Source: Vicugna vicugna (Eukaryota). Taken from it: DNA of 64,000 nucleotides. The stretch covers positions 1,340,167 to 1,404,166 of the forward strand of contig MU058451.1 in assembly GCA_013265495.1 (NCBI GenBank), read 5' to 3'. The notes beneath the pieces are model-generated. The model made no database searches. It saw only the letters and a list, made by a program, of their open reading frames with translations, and had not been told where the DNA came from. Made by a program: the position numbers and the translations under genes. Shown piece by piece: positions 37,150-49,200 of the stretch (position 1 is its first letter; each line of letters begins with the position of its first letter).

Positions 37150-37580
37150 TTTCTTAAGGATCCTTGGTCAAATGTTCAGAGAATTTATGTTCTGAAATCC
37201 TGACTCTACCATTGGCTTGGCACACAGCCTAGGGCATGTCACTTGGATACTAAGTATCTTGAAAAATTAATATAGGATATGAGACTGTGGGGTCCTGGAG
37301 GAAGGGCGAGCCTGTATTCAGGCCTAGGTATGATGATATGACTACAAACATGGAAATAGGGGAACCCAGGGTGGTTCATGGCATGGCTGGGGAGCAGAGA
37401 GACAGAGAGGAAGTAGCAGGAGAGATGACCTGGGGCCACATTGAGATCAATTCCTTAAGCCATGCTCTTGAGTTTGTGCTTTATCCTCAGTGGCCAAAGG
37501 GAAGGGAGAGAGCCACTGACATGGTTAAGCAGGGAGGTGACAGTCATTTAGAAAGCTCACTCTGGCTAAAACAGTGTTTT
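37150..37580. mobile_element. L2 fragments
   Basis: cctagggcatgtcacttggatactaagtatcttgaaaaattaa (tail-like); gagagccactgacatggttaagcagggaggtgac...tttagaaagctcactctggcta. Confidence 0.55.
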
Positions 37581-39349
37581 TTTTGAAGTTCAAGGTCAAC
37601 AGAAGCACTGTGGACCTTAGGAGGCAACTCAGCATTACTCTACCAGGATCAAGGGGGAAGCCACCACCTAATCAAGACCTACACTTTCAAGGTACTCTTA
37701 GTTCTGTATAATAATAGAACAAGACAGATGGTGTCACATAAGCTGTTTTAATGGCAAAAAAGCTTGAAAACTAAGTGCCTGCTCTGTGTACACCTTCTAT
37801 TGTTAACAGGATAGTCTAGTAACAGTTTTCACCACATGATTAATCTTTAATATTGCTATTTATATCTACCGAATTCATACTAGGTGATAACAAATGTAAA
37901 TCATTCCATCTTCTTCTAGGTTATCTGTAGATTGAGACCAATTAATCAAATTCTCAATATGATCTTCAGATGTCCCTATGTGACAGTGATTCTGAATAAT
38001 TTGCTGATGTCACTAAAGGACACATTTCCTCCTATTCCAACTAAAATATTGTACTGAAGTTGCCATTTCTTTGAATCAATTCAAAACCCATTCCTGGACC
38101 ACTCGACTCCTTTAAAACCTATCAGCCTCACTAATATTTCTTTAACTTTGGCACCTAGAAGGGACTATTGGAGAACTGGTTATGATGACCAGAAAGAGAA
38201 GGAGCGGCAGAGAGACAATTTGAGGTATGGACTGAGAAAACACCAAGTGGAGAAAGAAAGTCATCAATCTGCAGTGGGGCTTTTGCTCAGGGGTAGAGAG
38301 AATTAAACTTGGCCCAGGCTGGGGAGAATAGCTGTTCTGTGATCGTTATTACTTCTGATTGTCATACATTCATTTTTCCACTGGAAAAAAATATTTATTC
38401 CACTAGCCGCTCCATGGGACATGACAAATACATAATAAATGGAAACAATAACTCCATTTGATACAATTTATTTCAGTGGGTCAAGGCACATTTTTATTGC
38501 TTGCGGTTGAGGACCTTGTGCTTGGAGTGTGTTCCTGTGTCTATTTATCAAGAGACAGGTACTGATATTGGCGGAAGAGGGGGACCAACAGGAACTAATC
38601 AATTCCAAGCTCGTGGTTTCGTTGGAGTTCTTCAGCTGCCAAACGCACAGGCTGCATTCAACATTCTAAGAGCCTAGGAAACCACAAGCCAGGAAAACCC
38701 GCTTTGCTCTTACAGTGGCACATCCTGCAGAAGGACAGATTTCCCTGGTTCGGGGTGCACCATGACATTTGGTGGTGAGCAGGAGGTGGGGGCTGATGCT
38801 GGCCTTCGGAGAAGCCTGGCACTGTTGACCGTTGAGCCAGCTGCCTGGCCTCACATTACTTGGAAAACAACCCTTCATTTTTCACTCCCCTGAAGCTGGA
38901 GGGCGGTAATTCTCGGGCTCATTACCCTTGTCTGTAAAATATTGCAATGTGAGAATGTGCTGGAGAGGGTTTCAAAGCCGGAGGACTTTGCGGTCTCGAT
39001 ATCTACTTGGGTGCCCAGCTCTGCGTTTTATGGCACCATCGCCCTGGGTGCTCTGTGGGCATCATACTGGATAAGCACATTGCTGCAGCCAAAGCCCAGA
39101 GGACCCGGGGTGACCAGACCATTTTTCTGTCTGTCATTAAAAATCTGATTGCATAGAGATATTTCTAAGCTATATATTGTGAAACGAAAAAAAAAGATGG
39201 ATAGATAGGTATGTATGTAGATTATATATATATATATTATTTGTAATATTCATAGGGGAAAATCTGGGAAGCCACGTGACAGCGATGTTGCAGATAGTTC
39301 CTTCTGAATAGTGGGATTTAGGTTAGTATTTCCACGCGTTTATTGCCTG

Positions 39350-39560
39350 TGCTTTTTTCAGAGAGCTGACTCTGGGTTTGAGTTCTTCCCCCACACACGA
39401 TACTAGCTGGCGATTTACGGTGTTTTTTAACTTCTCTAAATATCAGCGTCTCTACTTGTACAAATGGAAATAATCATCAGACTCACTACGAAATGAAATG
39501 ATGTTAGATACGTAAAAGCTTGGTTCAAGTCCTGGCTCACGCTGAGCACCCCGTGAACAT
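39350..39560 (+). mobile_element. MIR SINE
   Basis: ctgggtttgagttcttcccc...tactagctgg...taacttctctaaatatcag...tgtacaaatggaaataatcat...gtcctggctcacgctgagcac. Confidence 0.7.
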
Positions 39561-40877
39561 CCGTCCTCTCGCACACCGTGCTATTCTGTCGTGCTGTTGG
39601 TGGTGCCATACGTGTATTTGGTGAAACTGACAGAGGCGGCGATCACTTGAGACCTGTGCCCACCTGCTCACGTGTGTGTGTCGTTCATGGACCTCATGGA
39701 CCAGGGTTATCCGTCCCAGCAGTGCTTCCCAAGACGGGTGGGATTGGTGGGTTCCAAGCTCACCCACACCACTCACCAAAGTTGCTTGGTCCATACCTTA
39801 TCTAAGAAAACCATACATTTGTGTTTTCTGCCTTAACTAAAAAGAAAATAATCTTCAGACCATGGCTACTCACCAGGATCCTTTACATTCTCTTAAGTCA
39901 CTAGGGCTGTATTGAAAGTCCCAGGTAATTTAATTGGAGGGTCCTATGAGAGAATTCCAGAATGAACATCCCAGTCTTATGATCAAGTGCCTCATCTGAA
40001 CAAAACGAGTGCATGATTCTTGCCATCTTGCAGATCCTGAGAGTAAATAGGCAATGGGTGAGACTGCATGCTTGCAGACCTATTTGCTTAGGATGCTGGA
40101 AATCCTTACCTTCACGTTTATCAGAGTCGAGACGTTTAGGAAGGGTTGTTGAAATTTCAGATTGATCTCTAAGTATTTTGAGTTTCTCTACAAGGTTCAA
40201 GAGATTGCACCTGCATCTCCTCTCTGTAAAGACACATAGATGCGCTCTGTGCATTTTTATAAGGAGAATCGACCTTAGGCCAGAGCATCTTCCCATGGAT
40301 GAGATTCCAGAAACCTCAAAATGCCATGTCTCCCAAAAAGCCGTCACCCCACCCATCTGCCAGGATGTCGCCCTCCCCGCCTCTAACTGGTCTGAAATTC
40401 CCTCAGAGGAGTCATTTCCCTGGATTAGTCATTATCTCCAGAGAACTGACATTTTGATGGGAAGGGGTTAGGATTCTAGTTTGAGGAGCTCTCTCGGCCT
40501 GCCTGCTTTCCACTGGCCCGGGTAAGTCATCTCCACTCTGAACAACTCTTAGCGGTTTCCAAAAGGCAAGTTGACCCCTGCACGTATTGGCAGATGCAGG
40601 CAATGTGAGGAAATAATTGTAGCCCAGTCTGATCAGACTTAGTGAGGCAGGAAAAGAGGAGGAGCTTCTAGAGGCTGGGCCTTCGACTCTGGGAGTATTT
40701 TAAGGTGGGGCGTGGTGGTGGGTGAGGTAGAGGAAATATCCAGGGCTTGCTGAGGGGGTTGTGCCCCATAGGGAGTGGGGAGAACCTAAGCCCGGCCAGG
40801 ATGACTTCCTTATTTTGTCTCAGGTCCAGTCTGCCCTATAATGATGTTAGTGCAGGGAATCGTAAAGATCGTCCTGT

Positions 40878-41030
40878 CCAATGGTTCTGGATGGATTGAA
40901 AGTCGTGGGGAGCTAGTAAAAATGAGTTTTCCCAGCCCACTTCTAGGAATTTTGATAGGCCTGGCAGAGCCAGGGCAGAAATCTGCATTATCACAAGTAT
41001 TGGTGATGCAGGGGACAGTTGGACAAACTG
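40878..41030. mobile_element. MER5-like hAT fragment
   Basis: caatggttct...ggggagctagtaaaaatgagttttcccagcccac...agggcagaaatctgcattatcacaag. Confidence 0.6.
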
Positions 41031-42149
41031 TAGCGTCCTGTGATCTCGAACTCCCAAAAGTGGACAATGTCCTGTGTCTGCAGACATCATTCAGCTCCAT
41101 CCTTTTAATCCTCAAGTCCTTAGATTTGACTCAGACGAGATTAAGTTGACAGGACATGGTCGGAAACTTCATTCTCCACCTTTAGGGTTCTATTGAGGGA
41201 AAACTGACGTTGATGATTATAAAAATCAGAGAGTGGCAGAATAAAACAAATAGGATTTTAAAAATATTGAATAGGGAGAAAGTTGCTGTAATAATAAATC
41301 AAGCAGTTAAATAAAGTCGTGGGGAGAGATGTGAAGTCTCTCTCTTGCTCTCACACACACAAATGTACAGGGAATTGGCATAATGCCAGAATTTTTTTTT
41401 TAAAGCCAGAACACTAGAAAAAGAACAGTAAGTCCAGAGTAACTGAATTGTGGTGTAAAAACACAGGGCCAATGTTTCTGTTTGCGAATTGAGACATTTT
41501 GGCTGCCAATTCTATCTTTCTGAACTTCGCCACAGAGATCTGGAGAATTAAATACTGAGCTCCCAGTTTTGCTTTTCTTCATTATTTGCCCTTTCTTATA
41601 GAAGTGCTTTAAAACGTGGAGACGCTGTTTTGCTCGGAGAGATTTAATCACAATATTTGGGTACCTGATTCATGGAGGGTGGTGATGAATGCAGCCTTTC
41701 ATTCTTATGCACTTATCCATTCACCTACTGACTGAGATTTAGAAGCTGACGTCCACTCCAAAATGATCTCATCGTCCTCCCTCAAACCCTCCTCTTCTCC
41801 AGCGTTGAACGGCTTCCGTAGTGGCATTATTGTCCTTCGCTTCTCTCTTTCCCTCACTAGCCACCCTTTTCCCAACTCCATGACAAGCATCCTTGAAAAT
41901 CTAAGTATTGACTAAATTGTCTTTCCCCTGCCTCAATCGGGTTTTGTCTGATTTTTCTTTGAATCTCTCCTGTGAGGCAAGTACCTGATCAGAGTAGGTG
42001 TTTAATGAAAGTAGAAGGAAGGAATGAAACAGTGAATGAATGAATGATTCATCCTTTAATCTCTCTCACATGCATATCTTCTTTTTACCACCGGGGTTAT
42101 AATTCAGATCTGCAATCCCCCTGAACAGACCACTGAAGTTGTTTACTGA

Positions 42150-42680
42150 CACAACCTCACTTCTATTTTCTCCCCAGCACTACCATCCGTTCCCCACACC
42201 AACCCTTCAAGCAAGGATCTGATCTTGTTACATCTCATGAAGTCTAAAAGGCCTAAAATTGGCACTCAAAGCCCCCCCACCATTTGGCTCCAATTTATAT
42301 TCTCAGTCCTACCCCCTACTCCACCCCCGTTAAATCCCTGCTTTAACTGGTCCGGACTACAAATATGGCTTTGCCAGTTTCTCAGTCTTTCTTTCTGTCT
42401 AGAATGTTCCTGCCTGGATGCCCATGGCCACCCCATCTCATCCTATCCAAATCCTACCCACTTTGAAGGTTTGCTTGTATAGAGCAGTTTGCTCTGTCCC
42501 CTTGGGGTAAATTTTACTTACAGCATTCATCATTTGTCACCATATCTTATCTTCCTCTACTAGATTATTGTATCATGATGGGGAGAATTTGTGCTTCATT
42601 TATCTTCCTTCCACAGTGTTTAGAAAGTGCCTTATACATTTTAGGTACTCAGTAAATGATTCTAATTGAATTGAGTTGAA
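42150..42680 (+). mobile_element. L2 LINE 3' portion
   Basis: ctttctgtctagaatgttcc...atcttatcttcctctactagattat...gtgccttatacattttaggtactcagtaaatgattctaattgaattgagttgaa. Confidence 0.7.
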
Positions 42681-43004
42681 CACAGAACTGCAATACAGTC
42701 CCTACCCTTAAAAGAATTCATGAAAGAACACAACAGAGACAAAGCCGTCAGCCTTTGGCCCTGGAGATATTTTACTGCCAGCTAGAAAATGCAGATTTGT
42801 ACCATGTCCTATCAGTGTCTCTTATGTGTTTGACACTGAGAGTGTAGAATCCTTCTGCTCTGATACCTCCAGCCCAATCAGGGTATTAGCAATAAAACGT
42901 TAAACACAGATAAAATTTAGCATTTTCAGTTGATAATGGACTTAAAGATCTCTTCTATATCCCTCATACCAAACATGAAGATGCTGAATGAAGCCCAAGG
43001 AGGT

Positions 43005-43200
43005 TAATAATATCCTTGCACCTTTACTATGTGCCAAATGCTGAGCTAAAGACTTTATGTGCAATTCACCCTGGATCCTTATCACCCGGTGAAGTGGACA
43101 CAGCTGTTAGTCCACATTTCACAGGTCGGGAAGCTGAGGCTTGGAGAGGGTGAATAACTTGCCCAGGTTACGTGAAGCAAGAAGCAGACAGAATCAGGGT
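43005..43200 (-). mobile_element. MIR SINE
   Basis: tactatgtgccaaatgctgagctaaagacttta...catttcacaggtcgggaagctgaggcttggagagggtgaataacttgcccaggttac. Confidence 0.8.
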
Positions 43201-43574
43201 TAAATATATAGATATAGGTATATATATATAGATAGATACATAGTCTGGTTCAACCATATTCTTCATTATGTAGGTAATGCAATGTTTTCAAGATCTTGCA
43301 GTGAGTTAGAGGTGGGCACAAGAAGACAACTCCAGATTTCTGAAACCTGTTCCATGTCTCCTTCATTTATCACTTTCATTTGGATTTTGCTAGTAAATAT
43401 GGCAAGTTTGCAAGTCCTTAGGAAATGCAAATTAACATTGAATACAATTTCCTTCATATCTCTGAGTGGGGGTGGGTACTCTTCTTTATCTATTCTAATG
43501 TCTTCTGTGCTTTTCTATATGTTTGCAATTACCTATAATTTTAAAAGTCTAAAAGCAAATACTTTATAATAACC

Positions 43575-43685
43575 ATAAATAGAGTATAACACTTGTAAAT
43601 TGTGAATCACCATAGTGTAGACCTGCAACTTCCATAACAGTGCACATTAATTATATTTCAATTAAAAAATAAAGAAAGAAAAATA
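43575..43685 (+). mobile_element. Very short LINE-1 3' end with A-rich tail
   Basis: ttgtgaatcaccatagtgtagacctgcaact...attatatttcaattaaaaaataaagaaagaaaaat. Confidence 0.7.
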
Positions 43686-43965
43686 AATTCAAAAGGCTAT
43701 GTCCAAAACATTAATAAAATAGGATTTATTATTCTTCAACACTAGAGAATCATTCTCTAGGGAAGGGCTGTGTCAAAAGCTCCTTGGCAGGCTTTATTTT
43801 ATCAGCAATAATCCTTTTCAAGAAGATTTTCTACTGCGACTCATCTGGGAACACAATTTTTAATTTAGGTAATGAGTTTGCAGGACAATGTATCAGAAGT
43901 GAGGGAAGATCAGCATATAGTAAAGATGGGGCGTGGGTGCAACATAGTCCTTTCCCAGGCAGAGG

Positions 43966-43979
43966 CTGCCCTCTGCTGG
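43966..43979 (-). promoter_or_regulatory. CTCF motif
   Basis: Reverse strand CCAGCAGAGGGCAG is a full match to CCASYAGRKGGCRS. Confidence 0.65.
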
Positions 43980-43995
43980 AAGAAAGAAGCTTTCA

Positions 43996-44009
43996 CAGCC
44001 CCCTAGCGG
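43996..44009 (-). promoter_or_regulatory. CTCF motif
   Basis: Reverse strand CCGCTAGGGGGCTG is a strong match to the CTCF core. Confidence 0.55.
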
Positions 44010-44441
44010 ATTCAACCACTGAATTCTTGTATCAGGTGTGCTACATGAGGCAAGATTGTTAGGTATTAAATGCCACATTTATATTCATTATGTGAAAATC
44101 TTATTGCCTTGGATCTGAAAAGAAGGATCTGAGCTTCAGGTTTGTGGATTCAGTTAATGAGATGATCTTCACACATGCCTAAAAAAAAAATCACCTTTTT
44201 ACTTTATAATGACTCCCCAAATGACCAAATCTTATTTAATGGGAGGTCAGAGCCACTAACCAGAGCATTTCTTTTACTCTCCTGCCAAAAGGAAGTGCCA
44301 AGTTTCCGTCACAGAGTAGTGGTCCAGATTACAAGATGTATGCAAACCACCCAAGCGCAAAGCCAGGCACACAGTAATTGCTCAGCAAATAGAAGTTTTC
44401 CTCATTATCTTTATCTTCATCATAATCATATCTACAGCAGG

Positions 44442-44820
44442 ATATTAGTGTGCTAGGACTGCCATAACAAAACACACAGACTGGGGGGCTGTAAGCAACA
44501 GAAATTTATATTCTCACAATTCTGGAGGCTACAAGTCCAAGATCAAGATGACACTGGGCCTGGTTTCTGGAGCGACGACTCTTCCTGGCTTGTAGACAGC
44601 CAACTTCCTACTGTGTTTTCACGTGGATTTCCTTCTGTGCACGTGCCGGGAGACAGAGCTCTGGCGTCTCTTCCTCTTCTATTGAGGACGCCAGTCCCAT
44701 TGGATTAGGTCCCACCCATATGACATCACTTAGCCTTAATTACCTCTGTAAAGCCCCTACTTCTAAATATAATCACATTAGGGGTTAGGGCTTTGGGGCA
44801 ACACAACTGAGTCCGTAACA
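44442..44820 (-). mobile_element. MaLR solo LTR (MLT1A/B-like), essentially full length
   Basis: tattagtgtgctaggactgccataacaaa...caacagaaatttatattctcacaattctggaggctacaagtccaagatcaag...ccttaattacctctgtaaagccc...gtccgtaaca. Confidence 0.92.
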
Positions 44821-46264
44821 CGGAGGACAATAAAACGTCTCTCGGGCACATCCTGGAATGCACAGACAGGTTGGTTGCCTGCCTTTCTACTGTCTTGGTC
44901 TGCAACTGGGTAAAATGAGCATTCAGGTGTGATAAAATGACCCTGCGGCATTGTACAACTCCCTGGGACCGTCTAGCCTGAAACTCACAGGCTGGCCTCC
45001 CGCACTTCAGGAAGATTTTCAACGAGGGCTGAAGAACTTTATATTCAACACGAAAGGAGTTAGATAAACCTTAATTTAAGCTGAAAATTCAACAAGAAAT
45101 ATCCCAGTCCTCAAAGCCCGTCTGCTTAGTGGAGGTTTCACTCTTTTATTTTCCAGTGGTTTCATCTCACATCTTAAAGCCAGAGTAGATTCTCTAGTGC
45201 GGACCAACCACAGGGCCAGTCAGCCTGTCCTTGTTGACACCAAGGCTCCAACAGAATCGAAGCAACTGTTGGTCCATAGAGGGAGGTCGCTTTGTACTGG
45301 GAATAAAAGTTATGTTGTGCCCCCAGGGCTATTTTTTGGACTCCCAAATTGCTAATTCATTCGCAAGTCATTTAAGACCCAAGGCACTATTTGGTATAGG
45401 GTAGTAAGTATAGCAGAAACGCTGAAAAAGTGCTCAGATCTTTGTGGATTTCACTTAAAAAAAATTATGAGCATTTTGGCGAGAACATCAGCTTTTACTG
45501 AAACCACCACCACATCGCTTTCAAAGAACAACTCAGGGAAATGAGACAATGCATTCACATCATTCCTATTTTGCTTACTGAGATTTAAATTTTTCTTGTG
45601 TTTTGTGGGTAAGAAATCAAGCAGAGGAAGAGAACAAATTAATACAGAGAAGAACACGACGAATCTATAGATTTAGAACAATGGGCATCTGGCCTTCCAC
45701 CTCCTCCTCGTCTTACTGTGGAAAATATTTCGGCCTTTGACAAGTGGTCAACGCTTGTTGCCCTAGAGTGCTTTCCTTTCAGAAGAATAACAATCCCCGT
45801 GGTTTTAAAAATCTTCTTGGTCAGCCCAAGATTATTCCCAATAGTTTTTTTTTTTCCATGCGTAGCAGATACTTTTGTGACTTCATTCTTTCAGGGATCT
45901 CGAGGGACTTGCGAGGAATGAGACTTCTTCACCAGGCCAGCTAGACTTTTGAGAATCCAGCCGCAGGCTCAGACACTTCACCTGCTCCTCCTCCTTCTAA
46001 CCATTAACTCACTGATCCCTAAACACGCTGTAGTTGCTCTTTACTTCACATGCCTTTGCGTAAGCTGTTGCTTCTGTCTAGAACGCCTCTCTAACCCCAT
46101 CTTGTCTGTCTGTCAAACTGGTAACCATTTACATTTTAGATTAAATCTTTTGACGCTTTGAAACATCATAATTGCAACAGAAGTCATTTGTGTAGAACGT
46201 GCCTTTGTTATAAGAAGTGACAGCACCTCTTAATAATGAAAGGCAACTCTTTCCTTACATAATC

Positions 46265-46460
46265 GCAATAGCGCACATTTTTGAGTCCATCATGTGGTAA
46301 GAACTCTGTTGTATATTTCACGTGCGTTGCTCCTTCTCCTCCTATGAAATTGCATAGTTGTGGAAACTGAGGCTAGGAGGAGTTAAGGGGTGGGCCTGTG
46401 ATTACACAGTTCCTGTGTGTGGAGCTCAGCTGGAAGCCCATTCATTTCCTTTTGGTCCAC
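46265..46460 (-). mobile_element. MIR SINE
   Basis: cacatttttgagtccatcatgtggtaag...ggaaactgaggctaggaggagttaag...tgattacacag. Confidence 0.65.
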
Positions 46461-47029
46461 AAGCCAGGCGCTTCGTCACCCCTTTCGCTGCCACTCTATT
46501 CCCCACCCCCACGAGATGACGGGCTCCTTTCTGTCAGGCTCACACTCGATGATTCCTTTTGGCCTTCCGAATGTGAAGCATGATACTCTATATCTAAACG
46601 TCGTGTCAAAATCCATGCTGAATGAATCAGTGGATATTAATGAATCATTGCAAAAGTGCTTTGAAACAAAAGTCAAATAGTAAGAACTCTGCTTTCTAAG
46701 GTTGAGAAAGAAGGTCCTCCGAGGGAGTCAACGTGAATTTCTCCTGGTCTGGCCCCATGTCCTCACCTCCCATCCACTTCCCTGATTTTCCCCTGTTCCC
46801 CTGCACTTCGGTCCCGCAGAGTTGTTCCCTGTCCACGTCCTCAGACGCGCCAGTGCAGCTCCCTATGCTGCATTAGATGTCCCCACTCCTCTCTCACCTT
46901 GCTCACCAAGCCCTTTTTCTTTTGCATCCATGCAGCTGGTGAAACCCAGACTCCCAACAGCAACATTTCCTGGACTCTTCAGACAAGGAGAGAGTCCGAA
47001 CACTAAAAGCGGTAAAGGGCCAGCCTGCG

Positions 47030-47210
47030 GGAGCAGCAGTGCTGAGCGGTCAGATGTGAGGGCTCTGGACTCAGGTACACCTGAGTTCATCCAACGATGC
47101 TGCCACTCACTTTGCTGCATTGTTTTGGAAAGGTAGTTGAAGGTCTCCACACGGCAATCTTTCTCAGCGTGCCCATCTCCGAGGGAGCTTCTGAGAATTC
47201 ATGCCTCTAA
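47030..47210 (+). mobile_element. MIR SINE
   Basis: gggctctggactcaggtacacctgagttcatcc...tgccactcactttgctgcattgttttggaaaggtagttgaaggtctc. Confidence 0.65.
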
Positions 47211-48009
47211 AGCTTAGGATTTGGTTCAGTATAACCACTCCAGGAATATTACTAATAAAGCAGAAAAGGAAAATGAATCCTTCTGAAGGTGAGTGGTCAG
47301 GCAGAATGGGAAGGGAGGAGGGAATTTTAACCTTTCTGCAGATTTCAAGGCCCAGCTTTCAGGGATCTTACGAAAAGCCCTAACTCCTGGGCTAAGTACA
47401 TGGATGTAGCCATGGTCTGTGCATCTTTCTTTGAAAGCACATTGAAATTTGGGAGCAGGAAGCAAAAACTATAGCCCTCCCGCTAGTAAGCCAGGTAACA
47501 ACTCCACACCCTGTGATTTTTGGCAAGGAGATTGATTCAAGGGCAACTGTTCAGGAAAAACAGGCCATTTCCTGTTTTATGGAAATGGCTCGTAAACACA
47601 TGGGCTGTAGTCTTTGAACTCGAGCACGTCAGGTCTCCAGTGACTCATGTTCATAGAAATTATTAATTGCAAGGCAGGGACACTTAACAAGTGTTGAGTC
47701 TCACAGAAAATGAATGATGGTTTCTTCAAAGGTTCATAGAGGGAACATGGGTCGGGGCAGGGGAGAGGAAACAGGCTCCCATAAGTAACAGGGACCCGGG
47801 AGAGAAGGCTGGGAAGATAATATTGCCCGATTGACAATTTTTAATTCTTCTTCTCCTAATGAGCAATGTCCTTCCTTTACCCTTCCGCCTACAGAGCTCC
47901 CAACAACCTCTTTGACAGGAAAAAGGAACATTTTCTCTTCCAAAGTGTCCCTTTGAAGTAAAGGCTATGTCCCCAAATGATGCTTCCTTGGAGGAAAAAC
48001 CTTTGGAGG

Positions 48010-48250
48010 AAGCACTGGGGTGCGGTAGTCAAAGGAGGAGCTTGAAGTAAGGACACCCTGGGCTTGATCCCAGCTCTGTCACTCAGTAGTCGGGTGACCT
48101 CAGGCACTTTGCTCAATCTCCCTGAATCTTGGGTCTTTTCACTGCAGCAATATAGATAAATAATTTCCACTTCAGAAAGTTATTGTAGGGATTCAATGCA
48201 AATACCTATGAAACATCCTTAGCATGATTCTGGTACTCAGTATTTGCTAA
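48010..48250 (+). mobile_element. MIR SINE
   Basis: cctgggcttgatcccagctctgtcactcagtagtcgggtgacctcaggcactttgctcaatctccctgaatct...tattgtagggattcaatg. Confidence 0.85.
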
Positions 48251-48462
48251 CACACACACACACACATACACAGCCAGTCTTGGGAATCCAGCCTCACGCT
48301 ACCTCTCCAGACATACCTTTTCCTCACCTTCTCCTGCTCCATCCAATCAACCAACTTGCTGACCCCCTAAACTCTCTATCCATAAATACAGGTATACAAA
48401 TATATTTGTAATTAACCAAATTATATTTGCAGTAGAATCCCCATGCCCTACGATAATACATC

Positions 48463-48636
48463 TATTTTATTTTATTTCATTTCAGTTGATTTACAATGTT
48501 GTGTTAGTTTCAGATGTGCAGCAAAGTGATTCGAATATACATGTATGCGAACTTCATTTCATTTTCTGAGTTACATTTACTTATCAGAATTACATTTCAA
48601 GAATCTGAGAAAGAATATGTGTATATCTATATAACC
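48463..48636. mobile_element. Tiny LINE-1 3' end: minus-strand tail segment next to a plus-strand upstream segment
   Basis: gttgatttacaatgttgtgttagtttcagatgtgcagcaaagtgattc (reverse L1 tail) and aagaatctgagaaagaatatgtgtatatctatataac (forward L1 3' UTR). Confidence 0.7.
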
Positions 48637-48939
48637 TGCTGAGCTACCTGAATCTTCCAGGAGCACGTTCTCTTTCAGTCTCCTAAATAGGGAAGCACAT
48701 TTGAGAAATTAATAAAACCTCCCATCAAATGGCTACTCTATTGTTAATTTAATTGGGGCCCACGTCTAAAAACAGATTTACAGGCTGATATTAATTTTGC
48801 TAGTTTGATGTTAAATGAACATAGATGCAAAGTTATAAATTGGGGGTGAAAAGATACAACTGTGCAAGGAGAGATAAGTAGGTTAGTGGTGAAACGTGTG
48901 AAAAACAATTAAACGAAATCAGTAAGAATTGAAAGTGAC

Positions 48940-49200
48940 ATGCTTGTCAATAGAAACACTTCTGGGCCGCAGTCATGAGAATGCAATGAATAGAGCCAAG
49001 GAGGCCGTAGGCTGGGCCTCCGCAGCTCGATCCCATTCCTGGAATCCTTCCCATGCTGAGAGCGACGTCTGCAAACTTGAACTCATCCAAGAGAGGGCAA
49101 TGAAGGCTCTCGAGTATAGGTGTCATGACGAATGAACAGCAGTTGAAAGACCTCATGATTCGCAGCTTGGAGAGAATCTAGAATGAACATGATGGTGTTT
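48940..49200 (+). mobile_element. L3/CR1 LINE ORF2 C-terminal relic
   Basis: Translation ESDVCKLELIQERAMKALE resembles the CR1 motif KRDIDKLERVQRRATRM; followed by gttgaaagacctcatgattcgcagcttggagagaa, similar to LKELGMFSLEK. Confidence 0.65.

Noticed and set aside
40899..41326. Exact 14-bp direct repeat aaagtcgtggggag (40899 and 41313) as a possible TSD
   Set aside because: The MER5-like sequence continues straight through the first copy, so no insertion is bracketed. Probably chance.
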